Shown here piece by piece: positions 1-10,329 of a DNA stretch of 64,000 nucleotides. Made by a program: the position numbers and the translations under genes. The stretch is from an uncultured Alphaproteobacteria bacterium. Lineage in GTDB: Bacteria; Pseudomonadota; Alphaproteobacteria; Rhodobacterales; Rhodobacteraceae. The notes beneath the pieces were generated by a model. That model was not told the origin of the DNA. It saw only the letters and a program-made list of their open reading frames with translations, and made no database searches. The stretch covers positions 818,307-882,306 of the forward strand of contig CAVSJB010000004.1 of NCBI GenBank assembly GCA_963728255.1, written 5' to 3'. How positions within the stretch are numbered: position 1 is the stretch's first letter; every line of letters starts with the position of its first letter.

Positions 1-1095
1 GCGGGCCTGCGCGCCGACCGCTCGGCGATTGTTCGACGGGCCGGCACCGCCGACATGGCGCTCGAATCGGGCCCGCAATCGGGCAAGCGGGTGATCGAGG
101 CGCTCGGCGTTGCCAAGTCCTACGGCGGCCGCCCGATCCTGCGCCCGTTCTCGATCCGCATCAATCGCGGCGACCGCGTCGCCATCGTCGGCCCGAACGG
201 CGCGGGCAAGACGACGCTGCTGCGGCTCTTGACCGGCGAACTCGCGCCGGACGCCGGCGAGGTCCGCCTCGGCACAAATCTCGAGATCGCGGTCTTCGAC
301 CAGAACCGGGCGGCGCTCGACCCCGACATGACCCTCTGGGACAGCCTCACCGGCAGCCCCGACATGCGCGTCTCGGGCCGCGCCGACCAGGTCATGGTCC
401 GCGGCCAGCCGCGCCACGTCGTCGGCTACCTCAAGGACTTCCTGTTCTCGGAAGCCCAGGCCCGCGCGCCGGTCCGCTCTCTGTCGGGCGGCGAGAAGGC
501 GCGGCTCTTGCTGGCGCGGATCATGGCGCGGCAGTCGAACCTGCTGGTGCTCGACGAGCCCACCAACGACCTCGACCTCGAGACGCTCGACCTCCTGCAG
601 GAGCTGCTCGACGGCTTCGACGGCACCGTGCTTCTCGTCAGCCACGACCGCGACTTCATCGACCGCGTGGCGACGGCGACGGTGCTGCTGGAGGGCGGCG
701 GGCACGCCACGATCCACGCCGGCGGCTGGTCCGACGTCCCTGAGGACCAGCGCCTGCCGCGGCCCTCCGCCACCGCGGGCACGGCGCGCAAACCCGCTCC
801 CGCATCTGCTTCACCATCGGCTTCGCCGCCCGCTTCGCCGTCCGCGTTGCCCTCGGCGGGGCCTCGCGACGGCCTGTCGTTCACCGAGCGTCACCGCCTC
901 GACGCGCTGCCCGGCGAGATTGCCCGCCTCGAGGCCGAGATCGCCAAGCTGGCGACGCTTCTCGCCGACGCCGACCTCTATGCCCGCGAACCGGCGAAGT
1001 TCGCGAAGGCAACCGAGGCGCTCGACGCACGGCAGCAGGCCCTCGCCGCCGCCGAGGACGAGTGGCTCGCGCTCGAGGAGCGTGCGTCGGGCTGA
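1..1095 (+). CDS. uup: ABC-F family ATPase (Uup-like), 5' part outside the window
   Basis: Frame open from base 1; Walker A GPNGAGKT, LSGGEKARL signature, LDEPTNDLD, SHDR; C-terminal coiled-coil LSFTERHRLDALPGEIARLE...EWLALEE typical of the Uup CTD. Confidence 0.88.
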   Translation, partial: AGLRADRSAIVRRAGTADMALESGPQSGKRVIEALGVAKSYGGRPILRPFSIRINRGDRVAIVGPNGAGKTTLLRLLTGELAPDAGEVRLGTNLEIAVFDQNRAALDPDMTLWDSLTGSPDMRVSGRADQVMVRGQPRHVVGYLKDFLFSEAQARAPVRSLSGGEKARLLLARIMARQSNLLVLDEPTNDLDLETLDLLQELLDGFDGTVLLVSHDRDFIDRVATATVLLEGGGHATIHAGGWSDVPEDQRLPRPSATAGTARKPAPASASPSASPPASPSALPSAGPRDGLSFTERHRLDALPGEIARLEAEIAKLATLLADADLYAREPAKFAKATEALDARQQALAAAEDEWLALEERASG

Positions 1096-1248
1096 CGCCC
1101 GTGCGCCACCCGTTGCGCCCACGCAACATATGCCGGATTCGGCAAGCTCCGCCTTGGATGGGTCGGGGCGCATGCTCACCTCGAGGTGTGAGGACGCTTC
1201 CGACATGAGCGGTCTCGCAACGCGAAATTGAAAACGGGAACATGCGAC

Positions 1249-1899
1249 ATGCTGCAACGTCTACTGACGACCACCGCTGCTTGCGGCGTTGCCATCGCGC
1301 TCGCCGCTCCGGCGTTCGCCGCCGGGCCCACCCCCGTCGTCATCGAACAGCCGCCGATGGCCCCGGTGCCGGCGCCTGTGCTCGGCACCGACTGGACCGG
1401 CGGATATGTCGGCGGCCAGCTCGGCTGGGGCTGGGCGGGCGCCGAGAATGATGAGCTCGAAGCGGACGGCGACGGCGTCATCGGTGGCCTCACGGCAGGC
1501 TACCGCTACGATTTCGGCCGGTTCGTGCTTGGTGCGGAGGCGCAGTACGACTGGGCCGACATCGAGCTCGACGACGCCGAGCTTGCCGGTGCGGACATCG
1601 ACCTGGGTGACGCAACGCCGTCGCTCGACAGCGTGGCGCGCATCAAGGCGACTGCAGGCTATGACGCGGGGCGTGCCCTCGTCTACGGCTCTGCCGGCTG
1701 GGCCCGCGCCACGATCCAGGCCGACGGCGAAGACGAGTCGGACGACGGCTGGGTCGTCGGCGCCGGCGTCGACTACCTCTTGACCGACCGGATCACGATC
1801 GGCGGCGAGGTGATGCACCACCGGTTCGACGACTTCAACGATTCCGGCGCCGATGTCGACGCGACGACGCTCCAGGCCAGGGTGACCTACAACTTCTGA
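1249..1899 (+). CDS. Outer-membrane beta-barrel protein (Omp25/RopB-like)
   Basis: Signal peptide, DWTGGYVGGQLGWG motif, alternating beta-strands, C-terminal aromatic TYNF. Confidence 0.88.
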   Translation: MLQRLLTTTAACGVAIALAAPAFAAGPTPVVIEQPPMAPVPAPVLGTDWTGGYVGGQLGWGWAGAENDELEADGDGVIGGLTAGYRYDFGRFVLGAEAQYDWADIELDDAELAGADIDLGDATPSLDSVARIKATAGYDAGRALVYGSAGWARATIQADGEDESDDGWVVGAGVDYLLTDRITIGGEVMHHRFDDFNDSGADVDATTLQARVTYNF

Positions 1900-2116
1900 G
1901 GTCTCGCGTGGCTCCGGGCGGACGACGTCCGCCCGGGGTCGCACGCGCCCGAGCCACGCCGGCTTGGCAACGGCGTACGGTCGCGCTATCGTCCGCGCCA
2001 TGATCCGGCAGCTCATCATCACGATCTGCATTCCCCGCTGACATCCTGCGGGCCGGTTCACTTCGTCAGACGTGTGATATTGCCAAGGCCCGCGGGCAAG
2101 CCCGACCAGAGGCCCG

Positions 2117-3494
2117 ATGAAAGACCATCCGCAGATCCGCCTGACCGACACCGCGACCCGCCGCAAGCAGGTGCTGGCGCCGCTCGATCCTGACAACGTG
2201 CGGATGTATGTCTGCGGCCCCACCGTCTACGACCGGGCGCACCTGGGGAACGCGCGGCCCGTCATCGTCTTCGACGTGCTCTTCCGGCTCCTGCGCCACC
2301 TCTACGGGCCGGACCACGTCACCTACGTGCGCAACATCACCGACGTCGACGACAAGATCCTCGCCCGCGCGGCCGAGTCCGGCCGCCCGATCGAGGCGAT
2401 CACCACCGAGACCACCCGATGGTTTCAGGAGGACATGGCCGCGCTCGGCGCGCTCCCGCCGACCCATCAGCCGCGAGCCACCGATCACATTCCGCCACAT
2501 GGTGGAAATGATCGCCGCTCTCATCGAGAAGGGCCACGCCTACGAGGCCGAGAGCCACGTCCTCTTCGCGGTGTCGAGCTACGCGCGCTATGGTGCGCTC
2601 TCCGGCCGTTCCACCGACGACATGATCGCCGGCGCCCGTGTCGAGGTGGCGCCGTGGAAGCGCGACCCGATGGATTTCGTGCTCTGGAAGCCGTCGACGC
2701 CCGACCAGCCCGGCTGGGAAAGTCCGTGGGGCCGCGGCCGCCCCGGCTGGCACATCGAGTGCTCGGCGATGGCGCGGGACCTCCTGGGCGACAGCTTCGA
2801 CATCCACGGCGGCGGGTCGGACCTGATGTTCCCGCACCACGAGAACGAGATCGCCCAGTCGGTCTGCGCCCATGACGGCGACTTCGCGCGGCTCTGGGTC
2901 CACAACGAGATGCTCCAGGTCGAGGGGCGCAAGATGTCGAAGTCGCTCGGCAACTTCTTCACCGTCCGAGACCTGCTCGACCAGGGCTGGCCCGGCGAGG
3001 TGATCCGCCTCGTCTTCCTCGGCACCCACTATCGCAGCCCCATGGACTGGACCGAGGCCAAGGCCCGCGAGGCCGAGGCGACCCTCCGCAAGTGGCGCCG
3101 CCTTGCCGCCGGCGCGGCGGCGGGCGATGCGGCCCCCGCCGTCGTCGCCGCGCTCGCCGACGATCTCAACACCGCGGGCGCTATCGCCGAGCTGCACCGC
3201 CTGGCCGGCGGGGGCGACGCCTCGGCGCTTGCCGCCTCGGGGCGGCTCCTCGGTCTGCTGTCGGACGACCTCGCCGGGTGGGACGCCACGCCCGAGGCGG
3301 GCGAGGCGGGCACGCTGATCGAGACGCTGATCGCCGACCGTCTTGCCGCCCGAAAGGCGCGCGACTTCGCCCGGGCCGATGCGCTGCGCGACGGTATCGC
3401 GGCGGCTGGCGTCGTCGTGAAGGACACCCCCGAAGGTGCCGAGTGGGAACTGACACCGGACTTCGACCCTGCCAAGCTCGAGGCCCTCCGATGA
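2117..3494 (+). CDS. cysS: Cysteine-tRNA ligase, split by one frameshift near 2495 (probable sequencing error)
   Basis: [18 protein letters not shown] (HIGH-like) in ORF 2117; [19 protein letters not shown] and KMSKSLGN in ORF 2208..3494. Confidence 0.95.
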
Positions 3495-3588
3495 CCGCCG
3501 CAGGACGGGCCGCCGCGCCGCGCGTATGCACGGGGGGTGTACAGGGGGTGTGCGGGCGGCGCACCACGTCTGACAGGGGGAGCGGGCG

Positions 3589-5223
3589 ATGACGCGCGAA
3601 CGGCTCTGGCTCTACGACACCACGCTGCGCGACGGGCAGCAGACCCAGGGCGTGCAGTTCTCGGTGGCCGAGAAGACCCGCATCGCCGAGGCGCTCGACG
3701 CGCTCGGCGTCGACTACATCGAGGGTGGCTGGCCCGGCGCGAACCCCACCGACAGCGCGTTTTTCGACGCCAGGCCAAGCACTTCGGCGACAATCACCGC
3801 GTTCGGCATGACCAAGCGCGCGGGTCGGTCCGCCGAGAACGACGAGGTTCTCGCCGCAGTCCTGAACGCGGGCACGCCGGCCGTTTGCCTCGTCGGCAAG
3901 ACGCACGATTACCACGTTGAAAAGGCGCTTGGAATCGCTCTCGAAGAGAACCTCGAGAACATCGCCCGCTCGGTCGAGCACGTCGCCCGGAGCCGCGAGG
4001 CGCTGTTCGACGCCGAGCACTTCTTCGACGGCTACAAGGCCAACCCCGGCTACGCGCTCGCCTGCCTGAAGGCTGCTCTAAGTGCCGGCGCTCGATGGAT
4101 AATCCTCTGCGACACCAACGGCGGGACACTGCCAGCCGAGATCGGCGCCATCGTCTTGGAGGTGATCGCTGCGGGGCTTCCGGGCGACCGGCTCGGCATC
4201 CATTGCCATGACGACACCGGTCAGGCCGTCGCCGGAAGCCTCGCCGCCGTCGACGCCGGGGTGCGGCAGGTGCAGGGCACGCTGAACGGCCTTGGCGAAC
4301 GCTGCGGCAATGCCAATCTCACGACGCTCATCCCCACGTTATTGCTAAAGAAATCTTACGCCGAACGGTTCGAGACCGCGGTTCCACCCGAGGCTTTGCG
4401 CGCCCTGACCCGCACGAGCCGGATGCTCGACGACATCCTCAACCGCGTGCCGATGCGTGCCGCGCCCTACGTCGGGGCGTCGGCCTTCGCGCACAAGGCG
4501 GGGCTCCATGCCAGCGCCATCGCCAAGGATCCCGGCACCTACGAGCACATCGACCCCGCTCGCGTGGGCAACCAGCGCATCGTCCCGATGTCGAACCAGG
4601 CCGGCCAGTCGAACCTTCGCGCGCGTCTCGCAAGCATGGGGCTCGAGGTTGCGCCCGGCGATCCGGCGCTCGCCCGGATCCTGGAAGTCGTGAAGGAACG
4701 GGAGGATGCAGGCTACAGCTACGACATCGCACAAGCGAGCTTCGAGCTTGTCGCGCGCAGCGAACTCGGCCGGATGCCCGACTTCTTCGAAGTCAAGCGC
4801 TACAAGGTGACGGTCGAGCGCCGCAAGAACCGCCACGACCGGATGGTCAGCCTGTCCGAGGCGGTCGTCGTGGTGAAGATCGGCGGCCGCAAGGTTCTGT
4901 CGGTCAGCGAAAGCCATGACGCGACCGGCACCGACCGCGGCCCCGTGAACGCGCTGGCCAAGGCACTGGCCAAGGATCTCGGGCCTTATCAGGGCGCTAT
5001 CGACGACATGCGGCTGGTGGACTTCAAGGTGCGGATCACCCAGGGCGGGACCGACGCCGTCACCCGCGTCATCATCGACAGCGAGGACGGGCAGGGGCGG
5101 CGCTGGTCCACCGTGGGCGTCTCGCCCAACATCGTGGACGCCTCTTTCGAGGCGCTGCTCGACGCGGTGCGCTGGAAGCTGGTGCGCGACGCGCGCGAAG
5201 CCGCCCCGGTCGCCGCGCAATGA
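3589..5223 (+). CDS. cimA: Citramalate synthase
   Basis: YDTTLRDGQQ, IEGGWPGANP, HCHDD, GERCGNANL, AHKAGLH; LeuA-type regulatory C-terminus. Confidence 0.93.
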   Translation: MTRERLWLYDTTLRDGQQTQGVQFSVAEKTRIAEALDALGVDYIEGGWPGANPTDSAFFDARPSTSATITAFGMTKRAGRSAENDEVLAAVLNAGTPAVCLVGKTHDYHVEKALGIALEENLENIARSVEHVARSREALFDAEHFFDGYKANPGYALACLKAALSAGARWIILCDTNGGTLPAEIGAIVLEVIAAGLPGDRLGIHCHDDTGQAVAGSLAAVDAGVRQVQGTLNGLGERCGNANLTTLIPTLLLKKSYAERFETAVPPEALRALTRTSRMLDDILNRVPMRAAPYVGASAFAHKAGLHASAIAKDPGTYEHIDPARVGNQRIVPMSNQAGQSNLRARLASMGLEVAPGDPALARILEVVKEREDAGYSYDIAQASFELVARSELGRMPDFFEVKRYKVTVERRKNRHDRMVSLSEAVVVVKIGGRKVLSVSESHDATGTDRGPVNALAKALAKDLGPYQGAIDDMRLVDFKVRITQGGTDAVTRVIIDSEDGQGRRWSTVGVSPNIVDASFEALLDAVRWKLVRDAREAAPVAAQ

Positions 5224-5260
5224 CGGCCACGGCGGCGCACGCGCGAGCCCGCGGCGCCCG

Positions 5261-6025
5261 ATGACGCTCGACGGCTGCGCGGCGATCGTGGAGCGGGGCG
5301 ACCCCGACCGGTTCGCGGCGGCGATGGCCTCGCCACCCGCGGCGCGCCGGGTGCTCTTTCCGCTCTACGCCTTCAACATCGAGGTGGCGCGGGCGCCGCA
5401 GGTCGCGTCCGAGCCGCTGATCGGGGAGATGCGGCTCCAGTGGTGGCGGGACGCGCTGGAGGAGGTCGCCGCGGGCCGGGCGGTGCGCCGGCACGAGGTG
5501 ACGGTGCCGCTGGCGCTGGTGCTCGACCCGCAGGCCGCGCGCGACCTGGACGGGCTCGTCGCGGCGCGGCGGGCGGACCTGGAGCGGGCGCCGTTCGCGG
5601 ACCTCGACGCGCTCGTCGCCTATCTCGACGGCACGGGGGGCGCGCTCATGTGGACGGCGGCGCGGCTTCTGGGGGCGCCGCCGCCGGCGTCCATACCGGT
5701 CCGCGCGCTGGCTCGGGCGGCTGCGGCGGCGAGCTACCTTGTGGCGATCCCTCGCCTGCTGGAAGCGGGTCGCGAGGCGCTTCCCGAAGGGTTCGGCCCC
5801 GGCGACCTTGCTCGGGTGGGCGTAGAGGCGCTGCGCGCCGGCCGCCGCGACCTCGCCCGCGTCCCGCGGCCGGCGCGGGCGGCGTTGCTGACGGGCTGGC
5901 AGGCGGCGCCGATCCTGCATCGCGCGGTGCGCGAGCCGGAGGCAGTGACCGCAGGCCGGCTGCTGCCATCGGAGTTCGCGCGCCGCCTGCGGCTCATCGG
6001 CGCGGCGGCGACAGGCCGGATCTAG
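5261..6025 (+). CDS. Squalene/phytoene synthase family protein (NDUFAF6-like)
   Basis: DPDRF...LFPLYAFNIEVARAP...EPLIGEMRLQWWRD motif. Confidence 0.85.
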   Translation: MTLDGCAAIVERGDPDRFAAAMASPPAARRVLFPLYAFNIEVARAPQVASEPLIGEMRLQWWRDALEEVAAGRAVRRHEVTVPLALVLDPQAARDLDGLVAARRADLERAPFADLDALVAYLDGTGGALMWTAARLLGAPPPASIPVRALARAAAAASYLVAIPRLLEAGREALPEGFGPGDLARVGVEALRAGRRDLARVPRPARAALLTGWQAAPILHRAVREPEAVTAGRLLPSEFARRLRLIGAAATGRI

Positions 6026-6043
6026 GCGGGCCGGATCTAGGCG
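6014..6043. repeat. 15-bp tandem duplication GGCCGGATCTAGGCG x2 spanning two convergent stop codons
   Basis: Read directly from the sequence. Confidence 0.85.
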
Positions 6044-7245
6044 GGCTGCCGGGGCCTGAGAGCCAACCAGATCAGCGCGCCGCCGGCCAGGAAGAGGAAC
6101 GGGACCATCGCCAGGTTCACCGCCGTCCAGCCCTCCTGCGCGGTGCCGCCCGAACAGTTCATCAGCCCGCCCGAGGCAAGCGAGGCGACGGTGACGCAGC
6201 CGAAGACCAGAGCGTCGTTCATGCCCTGCACGCGCCCGCGCTCCTCGGGCCGGTGCGCGCCGGCGAGCATGGTGGTGGCCCCGATGAACCCGAAGTTCCA
6301 GCCGAGCCCCAGCAGGATCAGCGTCCCGAAGAAGTTGCTGGCATCGACGCCCGCGATGCCGACGAGACCTGCGGCCGCGAGGATCATCAGGCCGATCGCC
6401 ACGATCCGTTCCACGCCGAACCGGGCGATCAGGTGCCCGGTGAAGAACGAGGGCAGGAACATCGCCACGACGTGCGCCGAGACCACGTCGGCGGCCATGC
6501 CCTTGTCGTAGCCGCACCCGACGACGGCGAGCGGCGCGGAGGTCATTATGAGGTTCATCAGGGCATAGCTGACCATCGCGCAGATGATCGCCACCGCCAC
6601 GCGCGGCGTCGCCAGCAGCTCGAGCCGCGAGCGGCCGCGCGGCGCGTCGGCCTCGGGCGCCGGCGGGCGCGGGATATCGAGCGCGAAGAAGAGGAGCGAG
6701 CCCAGCAGGTTGACAGCGATCACGGCGAGGTAGGTCCCGAGAAACGGCACCACCATCGCGTCGGCCGTCACCTTGACGAGTTGCGGGCCGATCAATGCCG
6801 AGGCGAGGCCGCCAGCGAGAACGTAGCTGATTGCCTTTGGGCGGAACTCCTCCGAGGCGGTGTCGGCGGCGGCGAAGCGGTAGAAGCCCTGCGCGCTCAT
6901 GTAGAGGCCGGTGAGCAGCGACCCGGCGAGGAAAAGCGGGAAGCTTGCCGTGACGAGGCCCCAGGCGCCGACCGCCGCGCCGGCCGCGCCGCCGGTGGCG
7001 CCGGCCAGGAACCCGACGCGTCGTCCGAACCGCTGCATCAGCGCCGAGAGCGGTTGCGCCGCCAGCATCGAGCCCAGCACGATCATCGAGATCGGCAACG
7101 TGGCCAGGCAGGGGTTGGACGCCAGTGACTGTCCCGCGAGGCCGCCGATGGTGAAGATCATCGGCATCTGCGCCCCGAGCACGGCCTGCGCGGCGACGAG
7201 GACGATGACGTTGCGCCGGGCGCGGGATCGGGCGGTTGCGGCCAT
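6037..7245 (-). CDS. MFS transporter
   Basis: About 12 hydrophobic segments; MQRFGRRVGF, QGFYRFAAAD and ERGRVQGMND motifs; ATG at 7245. Confidence 0.9.
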   Translation of the reverse strand: MAATARSRARRNVIVLVAAQAVLGAQMPMIFTIGGLAGQSLASNPCLATLPISMIVLGSMLAAQPLSALMQRFGRRVGFLAGATGGAAGAAVGAWGLVTASFPLFLAGSLLTGLYMSAQGFYRFAAADTASEEFRPKAISYVLAGGLASALIGPQLVKVTADAMVVPFLGTYLAVIAVNLLGSLLFFALDIPRPPAPEADAPRGRSRLELLATPRVAVAIICAMVSYALMNLIMTSAPLAVVGCGYDKGMAADVVSAHVVAMFLPSFFTGHLIARFGVERIVAIGLMILAAAGLVGIAGVDASNFFGTLILLGLGWNFGFIGATTMLAGAHRPEERGRVQGMNDALVFGCVTVASLASGGLMNCSGGTAQEGWTAVNLAMVPFLFLAGGALIWLALRPRQPA

Positions 7246-7337
7246 GGCGCATGTGCTAGCCGGGCCGTGGCGGCGGGACAAGCGGGCTTCGGGCCGCCAT
7301 TGCCTGCGCGCCCCGACGTGAACATAGTCGCGCGGCC

Positions 7338-8129
7338 ATGACGGTCGGATTCGACAGACACGAAAGCGGCGGGCGCGTCGATGCCGGCGGGCCTCGGCGG
7401 GTGCTGCTGCTGGCCGGTTCCGGAGAGGCGCGGGCCGTCGCCGCGGGCCTCGCAGCGATGCCACAGGTCGAGGCGGTGGCCTCGCTCGCGCGACCCGAGC
7501 GGGTGGCGCGCGAGCTGGGGGTGCCGCTCAGGATCGGCGGGTTCGGTGGCGACGCCGGGTTCGAGACGTGGCTCCGACAGCGGCGGATCGGCGCGGTGGT
7601 GGATGCGACGCATCCCTTCGCCGCGCGGATCAGCCGCCGCTCGGCCCGGATCTGCGCCGATCTGGGCATCGACTACCTCCAGGTGCTACGGCCGCCGTGG
7701 CGACCAGGTAAAGGCGACAGGTGGATCGAGGTCGACGACCTGGCGCAGGCGATCGCACGGATCCCCGACGGCGCGCGCGTCTTCGTGGCGACCGGGCGGG
7801 GCTGGCTCGACCCGACGGTCGCGACGGGGCGGCGCGAGATCCTCGTGCGCCGCCTGTCTGCGACGGGCGCGCGGTTTCCCTACGCGCGAGGCGGCTTCCG
7901 CGTCGACCTGCCGCCGTTCTCGGTCGAGGGCGAGGAGGCGCTGCTGCGGCGGCTCGGCGTCGCGTGGCTCGTGGTCCACAACGCCGGCGGCGCGGGCGGG
8001 TGGCCGAAGATCGAGGCGGCGCGCCGGCTCGGCCTGCCGGTCGCGATGATCCGGCGCCCGGCGCAGCCCGATGCGGCGCAGGTCGAGACACCCCGGGAGG
8101 CGCTCGCATGGGTGAGGCAGTTGGCATGA
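7338..8129 (+). CDS. cobK: Precorrin-6A / cobalt-precorrin-6A reductase (CobK/CbiJ)
   Basis: VLLLAGSGEAR, GGFGG, VVDATHPFAARIS, LRPPW, KIEAARRLGLPVAMIRRP. Confidence 0.9.
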   Translation: MTVGFDRHESGGRVDAGGPRRVLLLAGSGEARAVAAGLAAMPQVEAVASLARPERVARELGVPLRIGGFGGDAGFETWLRQRRIGAVVDATHPFAARISRRSARICADLGIDYLQVLRPPWRPGKGDRWIEVDDLAQAIARIPDGARVFVATGRGWLDPTVATGRREILVRRLSATGARFPYARGGFRVDLPPFSVEGEEALLRRLGVAWLVVHNAGGAGGWPKIEAARRLGLPVAMIRRPAQPDAAQVETPREALAWVRQLA

Positions 8130-8755
8130 CCGACCGGATCATCGCCACGCCCGCCTGCGTGGCGGAAGGCGCCGAGTGGCTAGCGGCGGTCGAGCCGCGT
8201 TTCGCGGCGGCGCTGGAGCTGACCGGGCCGCTCCCCCTCAGGCGGCGGCGCGACGGGTTCGAGCCGCTTCTGGGCGCGATCGTCAGCCAGCAGGTGTCGG
8301 TGGCCGCGGCCGATGCGATCTGGAGCCGGCTCTGCGCTGCACGACTGACGCGGCCGCGCCGGATCCTGGCGGCGACCGACGACGAGTTGCGCGCCTGCGG
8401 CCTCTCGCGGCAGAAGATCCGTTACGCGCGCGCCTTGGCCGCGGCGCGCCTGCCGTTCGACACCCTGCGCGAGCGACCCGACGAGGAGGTCGTGGCGACG
8501 CTGGTCGAGGTCCCCGGCATCGGCCGCTGGACCGCCGAGATCTACGCGATGTTCTCGCTCGGGCGGGCCGACGTCTTCGCTCCGGCCGACCTGGCGCTGC
8601 AGGAGGCGGCGCGGCTGCTCTTCGAGCTGCCCGCGCGCCCGCGCGAGGCCGAGCTGCGCGCGCTGGCCGAGCCGTGGTCGCCCTGGCGGGCCGTTGCGGC
8701 GCGCCTGCTCTGGGCCTACTACCGCGTCGCGAAGGACCGGGAAGGGATCCGCTGA
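8126..8755 (+). CDS. DNA-3-methyladenine glycosylase II family (HhH-GPD)
   Basis: AIVSQQVS, CGLSRQK, VPGIGRWTAEIY, DLAL, WSPWRAVAARLLW. Confidence 0.9.
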   Translation: MTDRIIATPACVAEGAEWLAAVEPRFAAALELTGPLPLRRRRDGFEPLLGAIVSQQVSVAAADAIWSRLCAARLTRPRRILAATDDELRACGLSRQKIRYARALAAARLPFDTLRERPDEEVVATLVEVPGIGRWTAEIYAMFSLGRADVFAPADLALQEAARLLFELPARPREAELRALAEPWSPWRAVAARLLWAYYRVAKDREGIR

Positions 8756-9417
8756 TGGCACGGCTCGAGAGCGCGCGGCGCGGCGCGGCGAAGGGAGAGG
8801 CGACGGCAGCCGTCGTGTTCCTGCACGGGTATGGCGCGGACGGGGCCGATCTTCTGGGCTTGGCCGAGCCGCTTGCGCCGCATCTGCCGCAGGTCGCCTT
8901 CTTCGCGCCTGACGCGCCGGAGCCCTGCATCGGCAATCCCACGGGCCGCCAGTGGTTTCCGATACCGTGGCTCGACGGATCGACCGAGGCGGCGGCGGGC
9001 GCGAGCATGGCCCGCTCGCAGGCGGCGCTCGACGCCTACCTCGACGGGCTCCTGGCGGATGAGGAACTGCCGGCGGACCGGCTGGCGCTCGTCGGCTTCT
9101 CGCAGGGCACGATGATGGCGCTTGCGGTGGCGCCGCGGCGGGCCTCGCCCGTGGCTTGCCTCGTCGGATTCTCGGGCCGCCTGCTGGCCCCCGAGCGGCT
9201 GGCCGCGGAGGTGGCCTCGCGGTTCCCGATCCTGCTGATCCACGGCGATGCCGACGAGGTGGTGCCGCCCGAGAGCCTGCCGCACGCGGCGCAGGCGCTT
9301 CAGGCGGAAGGCTTCGAGGTCTACGCCCACGTCATGAAGGGCACCGGGCACGGCATCGCCCCCGACGGCCTTGGTGCCGCCGCACGGTTCCTCATCGATC
9401 ATCTGCCGCAGGCCTGA
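8755..9417 (+). CDS. Phospholipase/carboxylesterase (alpha/beta hydrolase)
   Basis: FLHGYGADG, GFSQG nucleophile elbow, HGDAD, GHGI. Confidence 0.9.
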   Translation: MARLESARRGAAKGEATAAVVFLHGYGADGADLLGLAEPLAPHLPQVAFFAPDAPEPCIGNPTGRQWFPIPWLDGSTEAAAGASMARSQAALDAYLDGLLADEELPADRLALVGFSQGTMMALAVAPRRASPVACLVGFSGRLLAPERLAAEVASRFPILLIHGDADEVVPPESLPHAAQALQAEGFEVYAHVMKGTGHGIAPDGLGAAARFLIDHLPQA

Positions 9418-9591
9418 ACGGCGCCTCTTTCACCGGCGCGTGACGGGGCGCGGTCGGCTGCGACCGATACTCCACAGCATGTCGTGGGGGTTGCGAGGTC
9501 TCATCCCAGATATATAGTCGGTCGCGCAGGGGCGGCGGCTCCGTCTCCCCGTGGCCGTTTCGATGGCCAGGTCGAGGTGGAGTGGCGGCTG

Positions 9592-10176
9592 ATGGACGGG
9601 GAATTCAGGACCAGCTTCGTGCGCGAGCCGCAGAGCCTGCGCCATCATCCGGCGCTGGTGCTCAACGCCGATTACCGGCCGCTCTCGTACTACCCGCTCT
9701 CGCTCTGGCCCTGGCAGGAGGCGATCAAGGCGGCGTGGCTCGACCGGGTGCAGATCGTCGCCGAGTACGACAAGGTCGTGCGAAGTCCCTCGACCGAGAT
9801 CCGAATACCGTCCGTGGTGGTCCTTAAGGACTACCTCAAGCCCCAGAAGCGCGTGGCCTTCACGCGCTTCAATCTTTTTCTGAGGGACCAGTTCGCCTGC
9901 CAGTACTGCGGCGCCAAGGGCGACCTGACGTTCGATCACGTCGTGCCGCGCTCGCGTGGCGGCATTACCAGCTGGGAGAACGTGGTGGCGGCCTGCGCCC
10001 GCTGCAACCTCCGCAAGGGCTCGCGCAACCTTCGCCAGGCGGGCATGTCGCTGCGCCGCGCGCCGCGCCGGCCCGACGCCGAAGACTTGCGCAACCAGGG
10101 CCGCAAGTTCCCGCCGAACCACCTTCACGAGACCTGGCTCGACTTCCTCTACTGGGACGCCGAGCTGCAGGCCTGA
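9592..10176 (+). CDS. HNH endonuclease (McrA-like)
   Basis: LVLNADYRPL; CQYCG...TFDHVVPRSRGG...WENVVAACARCNLRKG. Confidence 0.9.
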   Translation: MDGEFRTSFVREPQSLRHHPALVLNADYRPLSYYPLSLWPWQEAIKAAWLDRVQIVAEYDKVVRSPSTEIRIPSVVVLKDYLKPQKRVAFTRFNLFLRDQFACQYCGAKGDLTFDHVVPRSRGGITSWENVVAACARCNLRKGSRNLRQAGMSLRRAPRRPDAEDLRNQGRKFPPNHLHETWLDFLYWDAELQA

Positions 10177-10329
10177 CGAGAGCCGGGGTTCGCCAGCTCC
10201 GTCCGCGGTTGCCGCAGCTCCGCTGGCTAAGGGCGTTCATTCCGGTGGTTGTGCGCGGAGTCCGGGCACGCTAAGGTGCGCCCGGACCGGCTCGCCGCAG
10301 CGCGCCCAGCGAAGGATCCGACGAGGCCC

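Noticed and set aside
2117-3494. cysS as a pseudogene or programmed frameshift
   Set aside because: Essential gene with all motifs intact; similar single-base insertions hit zwf and the MCP, so sequencing error is the simpler explanation.
6014-6043. 15-bp tandem repeat as a mobile-element scar
   Set aside because: Both flanking genes are intact; most likely slippage at convergent gene ends.
7338-8129. cobK away from other cob genes as a novel system
   Set aside because: Scattered cob genes are common in this group, and nothing links it to its neighbours.
9592-10176. HNH nuclease as a defence or mobile system
   Set aside because: Stand-alone gene in a housekeeping neighbourhood with host-like composition; no methylase, repeat array or partner gene.
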